64,000 nt of DNA from Paramoeba atlantica (taxonomy: Eukaryota; Protista; Discosea). The translations under genes were made by a program, and so were the position numbers. The notes under the pieces were generated by a model. That model was given only the letters and a program-made list of their open reading frames with translations, did not search any database and was not told the DNA's origin. This document shows positions 21,527-31,690 of this stretch, piece after piece. Position 1 is the stretch's first letter; each line of letters opens with the position of its first letter. The DNA is taken from the NCBI GenBank assembly GCA_977017575.1, contig CDRNVI010000190.1, positions 1 to 64,000 of the forward strand. The letters are read 5' to 3'.

Positions 21527-22181
21527 GTTTGCGTTTGTTGGTGTGTGGTCTCAAAGCCCAAAAAGAAAGCAACAAAAAAAAGAGAATGCGGTGACGAGGA
21601 CGCACTAAATCCTTTATTGGGCCTATTTAAAAGAACCAATCAAATTCTGCCATGTCATTGTATTTCTAACTCCAAAAAGACTGCAAAAAGGTTTCTGATC
21701 CCTTCGATTCCTGGCTAAAAAAGAAAAATACCTGATAATTTTTTGGCTAAATTCATTTATATGTTTTTTTCATACAAATGGATAAAGATCGGTTGAACTG
21801 TCATGCAAAAATAACCCTAAAAATGGAAAGAAAGGAACGAATTTTGGTGGTTCCGACCCAAAATAAAAATTCTTTTTCGTTTTTATGTTTTTTTCATACA
21901 TCCTCCCTTTTTTTTTTGTTCGTGGAGTCCAGACCCTTATCCTTTTCTTTGGTTTCGGGGTTGTTTTTTTTTTTGGTGAGGGTGTTGCTTCACTCACTCT
22001 CTCTCTCCTTTTCCTTCTGTTTGGGTGTGTGGAGCTTTTTCCTTTCTCCTTTCTCTCCTTCTCTTCTTCTTTTCTTTCTTTTCTTTTTGAGAGAGAGAGA
22101 AAGTTTTTGGTGAGTTTTTCCCAACGGTAAAAGAACCCTCCCACCACCACCAAATCTTCCCTCCAATCCATCACCCCAGAG

Positions 22182-25100
22182 ATGGCGGCTCCTCATCACA
22201 TGAGAAGTTTCCCTGTTGGGAGACCTGGTCCTCAAGATGTCAATTCTTTGATTCAAGCTGTTCAACGACAAGACCAAGAAAAAGCTGAAAAGCTTTCTGA
22301 TCGTATGTCTTTCTTTTTTTTTTTCTCTTTTTTTCTTTCTTTTCAAAATATGATTCCTCCTCCTTGTTGTCGATCAAACATTTGTGAATCATTCCTCTTC
22401 TTCCATCCAAAATCAATCTTTTTTGTGAACCATTTCACAAACAATTTCTTCTCAGAACAACAATTCTATGACTTAAAAAAGAAGATTTCTGTTTCAAGTA
22501 AAAAAAACTTCACAATTGAGAGAGAGGTCAGAAATCTTGATCAAAAGATTGCTCTTTTGATTCGAAATCGAATCTCTTTAGAGGTTAGTCGTTTTTCCCC
22601 TCCATTGTAGAATCCAAAATCAGAGTTTTTCAATTTTCTCTTTTCTGGTTCTCTCTTTTTTTATTTTAGGAAGTAATGGTTTCCTCTGGGGATATTTCTC
22701 TTATCAATCGAACCATTACTTTAAAAGATAAACGGGAAAAACAACTTTATGGTCGACTTTTCTATATTCTCCAAAACGAAACGACCTACATGGCATCTCT
22801 TGCTCGCTTGGTGAAACTGGGAGAGATTGATAACCTTCTTCAAACAGTCATGTTCACTTTGTATGGAAATCAGTATGATGAGGGTGAAGAACACTTACTT
22901 CTTTCTATGTTTGAGGTAAATTGATTTTTTTCCCCTCTTTTTTTGTGGTTGAATTGATTGATTTTGGTTGTATGTGATTGTAATTGTGATATTCCGGGTT
23001 CCCTTGTCCCTCTTCTAATTTTTTTGATTTCACAGCAAGTATTGAGGGCTGAATTTATGTCGGCAAAATCCACATCAAATTTGCTTCGATCAAATACTGC
23101 TTTAACTCGAATGATGACAACATACACAAGGTTGCAATTTTCTCAATTGTTTTTTGTTGTTGTTTGTTGTTTATTGTTTTGTTGTGTTTGTCAATAATTT
23201 CACACATTCCAATCTGTTATGATTATGATTTATGATTGATTTCGTTTTTTTTTTACTTTTAGGAGAGGTCCTGGTCAGCAATACTTAAAAGTTGCTTTGA
23301 CTGACGTTTTGACCAAAATCACTTCGGATGCCGAGATGGTGCTCGAAATCAATCCATTGAAAGTTTTTGAAGCAATGGTCAACAAAAGGGAAGCTGAAAC
23401 TGGTGTTAAACTGGAAATCAATCGTAAACCAACTGCCGAGGAAGCTGCTGAGGTACTTTTATTCTGACCTTTTTTTATTTGTTTTTATATTTTCCTATTG
23501 TTTAAGAAGATTTTTTCGTTATTAAAAAGAAAAATGGTAAAAGATATAATTCTTTTCTTGTAGAACCCAGATGTACAAGCGATTATTAAACCTCGAATTT
23601 CCAAATTAAAAGCGATTGCGGATGACTTTTTGACTGCCTTGATCAAATCTCTTGACTCAGTTCCGTATGGTATTCGTTGGATTTGTCGACAGGTTCCTTA
23701 TTCATTACTTTTTGGGGGATCTTCGAAAAAAGAGAGGAGAAAAGGAAAGGAGAGTTTTAAAACGGTCACCCGTCTCATCTTTTTTTTTTTATTGTTTGAT
23801 TAGATTCGAGCTTTAACTGTTCATCGATTTCCTGATGCGACACGTGAGCAAATTTGTTCTTTAATTGGAGGGTTTTATCTTCTTCGATTTGTGAATCCAG
23901 CAATTGTAACTCCCCAAGCTTTTATGTTGGTAGAAACAAAACTTTCGGCGAATACAAGGAGGAACTTGACTTTGGTATTTGATCTCTGTTTTTTTTTTTG
24001 AATTGAATATATTGTTCTAAGCACTTCTTCTTGTTGAGATATATCAATCATCATTTCATGTTTTAATTTTACTTTTTTTTAGTTGGCGAAAGTTCTTCAA
24101 AATCTTGCAAATAATGTTCAATTTGGTGGAGTGAAGGAATTTTTCATGGCTCCTTTGAATGAAGTTCTTGATTCGAATAAGGCTCGTGTCAACGAATTTA
24201 TGGAGCGTCTCACTGACGTCACAGATCTTGGAAAACATTTAAATGTTCTTTTTCTTTTCTCTTTTCTTCCTTCTTTTCTTCCCCCCCCCCCCTTTATCTT
24301 TTTGTCTGAAATTTCGATTTTTCTTTCTATTTCAGTTGGATAAATATATTGCGATGGGAAGAACTCAAGAATGTGTCATCAATATCTCTTTAAATGAAAT
24401 GTATTTTGTCCACGCTTTGTTTGATCAGCACCTTGATACTGTTTTATCAACCACTGAGGGAAAAAATAACGCAGGTTTTAATTTAATCTTTCACAAACAC
24501 CCTTCCCAAAATTTTTTGATAATTCATGAAGAAATTTTACTTTTTCGATTTATTTTTTAAAAAAATTTCTTTTCCTCTTAGTTATGAAACAAATCCTCTC
24601 TGATCTTGGGGTTGCTCCTCCTCAACTTCCCCGAAAAGAGAACGCAAATGTCGATCTTGTCTTGGAACGAAGCTTTGAAACAAATATAGATGAAGTGTCT
24701 CCTGAACAGTTATACAGTGACACTCAATTACTTGTATCTCTTTTATTCTTTCTTTATTCCGTTTTTCTAATTTGAGTTATTTTTTTTTAAAACTTTGTTT
24801 TGTTAGCTCTTAACAATTATCAAATCACTCCCAACGGGGTTTCGAGCACGAGATATCAAGGATTTAATTCGGAATGCAACCGCAACTGCCAAGAGTACAC
24901 GCAATGAGGTATTATTTTTAACAAAAATCACGACCCAAAGAACAACCAAAAGGAAACCTTAACTCACAATTTCTTTTTTTTTGTGAATGAAAAAAAGTTC
25001 ATTTGAATTCCTAATGAAAAATCATTAGGAATTGGAAACAAAATGTACCATGATGGTCACAAATTGTACAAAGTTGGTCGAGCTTGGTACTTTGAAGGAA

Positions 25101-26045
25101 GAAGACAATTATGATGCCCTTCGAACAGAGGCTTTTAAGGGTCTTCGTAACTTTGAACAGCAGTTAGATCGTGTTGACTCTGATATTCAACGGTACCCAT
25201 TTAATTCAATCTTCCTTTTTTCATCCCTTTTTTCCCTGAACAATTCTGTTAATTAATTCATTCCACCCTTCTTTTCCTTTGCCCCTTCCCTTTTTTCGGA
25301 ATATTGATCTCCTCTTTCTAGGTTAAAGGCGGTATTAGCAAACATTCATGAACATAATCACTTTCTTCAACAACAATTGAAGGCTTACAAGGAATATCTT
25401 GAGAATGTTCGGAAAAACTGTGGTTCTACAAAGTATGTTTCTTTTTTGAAGAATGAATCCATCTCTGATTTGAAAAAAAGATTCTTACTCTTTGGATAAA
25501 ACAGGGCTCCAGAGAAAGAAACGAAAAAGGAGAAAAAAGAAAAAAGGCCATCTGGGGTCAAGAAAATGGGTCCATTCAAATTTAGGTCAATTTATCTCTA
25601 TTATTTTTTCCTCCCTCTTCCCTTTCCTCCCCCCTTCTCTTTCTTTTCTAAAATGGGTGTTTGTAGCCATAAACAATTGGAGTCTGATGGAGTGATTATG
25701 ACATCTGATGTGCCGCAAGAACGCCGGAGTGGGATCAGTTTCTCTTTCACGTGTTCAAATCCTGGAATATATGATGTGGCTGTTGTGTATAAGATCAAAC
25801 AAATTACAACAATGCAGGTTCTTTTCTTTCTTTGGATTTGTTTTTTCTATGTCTTGAATATTTCTCCCTTTTACTTTCTGTTCCGTTTTCTGTTCTGTGT
25901 TTGTTTTGAATGGATCTTTTTGTAGCTCAAATTGGATGATTTGCTGGAAATGCAGCACCAAAATCAAGTTCAGTTCGAAACTGATTTCTTGACACTGAAT
26001 GTGAATCTGTTAATTTATCTCCTCAACAAACACTTCATGAGTTAA
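22182..26045 (+). CDS. IQGAP-related RasGAP (Dictyostelium DGAP1/GAPA-like; GRD + RasGAP_C), many exons
   Basis: [86 protein letters not shown] and LDDLLEMQ...[14 protein letters not shown]. Confidence 0.92.
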
Positions 26046-26284
26046 GGCTCCAACAAGTTCTCCTCTCTTATCTCTCTCTCCCTCTCCTTTCTTACCTTCC
26101 CTCTTCTCTTCTGCACATCCCTTCTCCCTGATTTCCTTGAGTTCTCAGTGTGTATTCAGAATGAATATTTTGTGAAGTATATTATTATTGCATTTTTCTT
26201 TTTGGGTTTGAATGTTAGGAGTTTTAGATCCAACTGTTAGATCAAGATCTATTTTTTTTTGTTCTTCCATTCATATTTTTATCT

Positions 26285-29200
26285 TTAATAATTCCCGAGA
26301 TGAACACGACCAGAATCAGAACCAGATGTCCCCACAACTCTTCCATTTGTTGAGATGACAGCTGTGTTTCTTCTCTTCTGATAGAGTTCAATCTCTTTTT
26401 TGAAGTCTGTTTCGTTCAGTTGTGAGTTTTTGTAACAAGTATCACAAACGCGTAATGGGTTGAGAAAGCTGCAGTTTGACGGGTCCATTGGAACAGGTCC
26501 ATTTGCAGGGACAAATTGCCATAAGATTGCCTTTTTTTTTATTAAGGTAAGAAGAAAAGAAAAAACAGATCAAAAAATGATAGAAAATTCTTTACCGTGT
26601 TGCTTGAACATGAATCACAAACAACAGCTCCACATCCTCTGCAATGATGCCGCCAAACGAAAAAAGAAAAGGCTGTTGTACAGACACCACAATTCGCAAA
26701 ATCTGCATCCAGTTTCCACGTTGGAGGAGAGACCAGCAATGTGCTTAGGGCAGAGACAGGAACACGTTTCTTTGGTTCTCCAGTGGAAGCAGGGTTAGAA
26801 GGATTTTTTTGTTGTGTGAAGAGGGTTTGTTTCAAAGCTGGTTGTTGGGTGGTGGATGAAGCTGGGGTTGAGGGGGTTGCTGGAGTTGCTGAGGTTGTTT
26901 TCGATGTTGGGGTTGGGGTTGTTGGGGTTATTTTTGTTGTTGGTGCACTGGTCGAACTGGCTGGAGTTGCTGAGGTTGTTGAACTGGCTGTTGGAGTTGG
27001 GTTGGTTGGGGTGGTTGAAGCGATTTTTGGTTGTTTTTGTTGTTGTTGGTCTTGTCCACCATCTCCTGGTCCAGGAGCTGGTGTTTTCTGTGGTTCTGCT
27101 TTCCGTGGAGGCACAACCCTTTTTTGGGGGGGTGCGTCTCCACTCCCAAAAATTGAGTCATCATCTTGATTTGATTCAAAGGGGAGAGAAGATGATTGTG
27201 TGAATTTCTTTTTTTGAGAGGTGGAGGAAGGGGTTGAAGGAGAAGATGAAGATGTTGTAGATGATGTACTTGTTGTAGGGGAAGGAGTTTTTGTTGATGA
27301 TGTCGAAGTTGTTGTTGTTTGGGTATTTGGTTGTGGTGAAGATGTTTGTGATGATGTTTTCTGTGGCTCACTCTTGCGAACCACAGGTTTTTTCTTAGCA
27401 GGTGCATCCCCGCCTCCAAAAATTGAATCATCATCTTCATTCCCTTCGAAAGGGAGAGAAGTTGCTTGTGTAAATTTCTTTTTTTGGGAGGCGGAAGAAG
27501 TTGAAGGAGTTGTTGAAGTTGAAGTGGTCGACGTTGAAGAAGATACGGGAGATTGTTTTGTAGTAGCAGGTGGCTTTGGTAATTGCCCTCTTTTAGGAGT
27601 ACTTTTCTGTGGTGGAGCTGAACCTCCAAAGATATCATCATCAGCTTTATTTGTCTCGAAAGGCAGTTTTGTTGAGGAAGAGGAAGTTGGTGAGGCTGTT
27701 GACGAAGTTGTTGATGAGGTTGCTGAGGGTTTTGAAGTTGGCTGTGTGGAGGGAGACACAATATCAGAACCCTTCGGTTTGGTTCGGCTCGGAGGTTGGC
27801 GTCCTGCTCGAACTGGGCGTGACTTGGTCACATGTTCTAATTTTGGTGCCTTTGCCGAAGCTTCCACATCTGTCATGGGAGCGCTCGATTCAGTTTTGCT
27901 TGTTGGAGGAGCTCCACTGGAGCTCAGTGAATCACCAATTGTGCCACCTAACTGATTCACTAAATTGCTCACCTTGCTTCCACCAACTTTCTTTGGTGCT
28001 GGTGCTTTAGTTTCAGTTTGTGGTGGCTCTTCTTTCTTCGTTTCAGGCTGAGGGGCAGGGTCTTTTTTTGGGACTGAGGAAGAGGGAGAAGAGGTTGAAA
28101 CTGTCGAGGCAGAGGAGGGATTTTTTGATTTTTCAATTATCTCTAAGAGAGCGATAAAAGTTTCGTCGACATTATCACCAGTAAAGGCAGAAGCTTCCTT
28201 GAAAGGACACCCCGTTTTCTACAGGACAAAATTATGAACACTCGAAAAAGATAGAATTTGATCAACAATTTTCTGAGGTATTGAAAAGAACCTTTGCAAA
28301 GGCAGCGAGATCAGCGTTTGTGACAGTGCGATCTGCTACTTTATCCAACTTATTCCCAACAATGATCATTGGAAGTGAATCTGAAAAAAAAATTGTTAAA
28401 AGTCCAGTAACAGACACAACCAAAATAACAGAAGCAAACCTTCCGAGCGAAGTTGATAAATAGAACGAATATCAAAAGGGAGATCTTCAAAACTCTCAGA
28501 AGATGTTAAATCACAAACACAAATATACCCTGATGCTCCTTTCATGTAATCAACAGATAACTGTTCCAGAAAAAACTCAGACCAAGCAAGCAAGATTCAT
28601 TATTATTATTCAATCTTCCATTGATCAATCAAAACAAATTCTTCTTCATTGATTGTCAATAAAGAGAAGAATAAGAGAAAAATACTCAACTGAACTCAAT
28701 CTTGGGCGAGTGTCATCTGGATGGATGTCGAAAACCTCAACTTCGAGACTTCTATCTGCGGAAATCATCAACAAAATAAATCAAAAAAAGAATATAAAGC
28801 ATTTCATTTTGATGGCAAACCTCCAACCAAGACTGATCTGAGGTAAATTTTAGAAGAAGGAGAGGTTTCACAGAAATGGCTTTCACAAAAACGAGTCGTC
28901 AAGGCAGATTTTCCAGCGTCTGAAAAAGAAAGGGTGTTAAATCGTCTGGTTGCCAGAAGAGAAAAGATAGGAAACCTCTTGCTCCAAGTAGGACAATTTT
29001 GTAACTTGCATCAGCTAATGCACTTCGAACAGCATTTTGAATCACATCACTACCATCACCATCAAAAGACATACCGGCTCCCCCACTCTCACTCCCAATT
29101 TGGCCTTCCGTTGAGCCCCAATTTGTTGTTGACATTGTTGTTGTTGGAGGAGGAGATAAAGATAAATCTTCCATTCCACCATGTGAGCTTCCTCCATCAC

Positions 29201-30102
29201 TTGCTCCTCCACTCATTCCATAGTACGACGAATCCCCATAAGAAGTTGTCGAAGAAGAATAACCAGTTCCACTATTACCCCACATATTCCCACCAGAAAG
29301 CATGCTACTACTCGAAGTACTGGCACCCCATGCATTTCCGGTGTTACCCCAACCCCCAGAACCACCACCACCACCACCACTACTGTAACTATCTCCTCCA
29401 AGACCAAGACCACTCCCACTATTACTACTCCCACCCCAATTTGTTGTTCCTGAATATCCACCCTGAGTCTCAGTTGTTCCTCCCCAACCACTTGAAGATG
29501 AAGTGGTTGCACCCCACTGGGAAATTGAAGAAGAACCTCCTCCTCCTCCACCTCCACCCATGAGATTGAATCCAGTTTGGACTGTGTCTGGGTGTGCATT
29601 TGCAAAGTTCATTCCTTGCTGAACTGTGAGTGAGAGAAAAAGAATGAGATTGGCCAATTATTTTTCAAGAAAGTTGGAGTAGCGAAATCAAACCAAGTTC
29701 TGGGTTTTGTTGGGCAAATTCAGCCCCTTGTTGGATGGTTTCTTTATTTTCGTAAGCAAACTGGGCTCCTTGTTGGAGTGTTTCTCGATTTTCGTAAGCA
29801 AATTCAGCCCCTTGTTGGACAGTTTCTCGATTTTCATAAGCATATTCTGCTCCCTAAAAAAGACAAACCATTCATTCAAAAAAAAGAATCAACTCCAAAC
29901 CAAAATCAAAAGAAAAAACACAAACAGCTTGGATCGTATCCCGATTTTCATAAGCAAACATCGCAGCATCCTTCGCCGTTTCACGATGTTCATAAGCAAA
30001 GTCAGCAGTCTTTTTCCCAGCAGAAGCAACAGCATCTTTATTTTCCCACAATTTCGAGCCAGCACCACCTACAACATCATCCCAATCATCTCCACCAAAC
30101 AT
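26285..30102 (-). CDS. Multidomain protein: N-terminal DDW + 14-aa repeats, Ser/Gly linker, atypical Ras-like domain, CPI motif, acidic LFa-like repeats, C-terminal FYVE
   Basis: Spliced reading YKIVLLGAR|DAGKSALTTRF, VEVFDIHP, YMKGASGYICVCDLT, IIVGNKLD and FKEASAFTGDNVDETF runs in frame into the 26542-27972 ORF. FYVE is WKLD..C..C..FSFFVWRHHCRGCG.VVCDSCS...RVCDTC. Confidence 0.8.
29700..29850 (-). repeat. Coding 42-bp tandem repeat (14-aa unit AYENRETxQQGAxF)
   Basis: Three to four units in one exon, with degenerate units in the flanking exons. Confidence 0.85.
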
Positions 30103-30355
30103 CTTCTTTGCGTTGCGTGAAGACAAACAACAAACAAAAAAAGAAACCCAAAACGCGAAAAAAACCCAAAACGCGAAAGAAATCCACCTTTTTTTTACTC
30201 CTTATTTTTAACGCCCTAAAATAATAGATCACTATTTTTATAGAGATCTAAATTAGCTTTTTTCGCTCTTTCGCCCTTTTCCTTTTTCTTTTGTCTTTCT
30301 TGTTTTTTCTTGTTGTTTTTCTTTTTTGGAAACCAAAAAAAACGATCACAAAAAG

Positions 30356-31494
30356 ATGGACGACGAAGAAAGGCAAATGTATGAGCACTTAGAGACACAA
30401 CAGTCTCGGGACTTCAATCCCTACACTGATTGTCGGATGTATGAAACTGAGTTCCCTGACACAGACGATCTTGTCATGGTTCGGGTGACTCGAGTGACAG
30501 ACATCGGTGCCTATGTGATGTTGTTGGAGTATAATAACAAAGTTGGAACTCCTTTTTTGAATTCTTTTTCCTTTTTCTCATTTCCTCTAAGAGATTGTTA
30601 CAAAAATAGGAAGGAATCATTTTGCTTTCCAATCTTTCTCGAAAACGTATCCGTTCTGTGAACAAACATATTCGTGTTGGTAAAATTGAGGTGCTCCAAG
30701 TTCTTCGTGTTGATACTGATAAAGGATACATTGATTTGTCAAAGAAGTTAATCCAGAAAGATGATATTGGATTGTGTGAAGAACGTTTCAAAAAATCCAA
30801 AACTGTCCACAGTATTTTGAGCAGAGTTTCCCAAAACAATTCGTTCCCTCTTCTTGAGTTGTACGAAAAAGTTGGTTGGCCTCTTTCCCGAAAGTTTGGA
30901 CACGCTTTGGAAGCTTTTCAGGCAATGGTCCAAGACGAAACAATTGTTTCTACCTTCGATATTCCCCAAGAAGTGAAAGATGATTTGTTGAAATTGGTCA
31001 AACATCGATTGGCCATTCACCCAGTCAAAGTCCAAGCGGAAGTCGAGGTTTTTTGTTTCTTTCAATTTTTTTTTTTTCACTATTTTGGTTTTTCGATTCA
31101 AAATTGAAATTTCATACTGATCAAAAACCTTCTCTTTTATATCAAATTAGGTGACTTGTTTCACTCCTGAGGGGATTGAAGCAATTAAAATCGCCCTCAA
31201 GGCAGGACTTGAAAAGGGATCGGAACAAGACTTTCCTGTCAAAATTCAACTCTTTTCCACACCGACCTATCTTGTCTATATTACGACACCTGATAAAACC
31301 CATGGAATTAACACATTAGAAGGGATACTTGAGGCAATTCAGAAAAATATTGAGGCACAAGGAGGAAACTTTTCTATGAAGAGTGAGGTAAATACTTTCT
31401 TTTAATTTTTTTTTCTGATCAGTTTTTTTTTTTTGAGAAAGAACTAACCCACCATTTTTTCCCCCCCCTCCAGCCACAAGTGATCCAAGTCTAA
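30356..31494 (+). CDS. EIF2S1: Translation initiation factor eIF2 alpha (divergent), 4 exons, ~293 aa
   Basis: CRMYETEFP..DDLVMVRV, GAYVMLLEYNN, EGIILLSNLSRKRIRSVNK, VLRVDTDKGYIDLSK and CFTPEGIEAIK.AL. Last intron 31388-31473 has branch point actaac. Confidence 0.93.
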
Positions 31495-31690
31495 ACACAA
31501 AACCAAGATATATAAATTACTGTCATTTTCAAAAAGACTCTTGATTTATTTTTGTAGTCTCATTTTTTTTTTTTGAAAGAAAACGTTCCATCCCACCACC
31601 AATTTTCTACAAAAATCACCAAATTATTTACAAAATAATATTATTCTTATTATTTACACCAAAAGAAAGCTTTTTTTTCTTTCTGGATCA

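Noticed and set aside
26741-28010. Long antisense and alternative-frame ORFs (for example 27221-27955, 26928-27761, 21098-21718)
   Set aside because: They are shadows of Ser/Thr/Pro-rich or stop-poor coding sequence on the other strand or frame and have no independent motifs.
29700-29850. Regular repeats as a CRISPR-like array
   Set aside because: The 42-bp units have no unique spacers, stay in frame and encode a 14-aa protein repeat.
13219-31494. eIF2B-gamma and eIF2-alpha in the same window as a functional cluster
   Set aside because: They are 15 kb and several unrelated genes apart, so chance co-location is sufficient.
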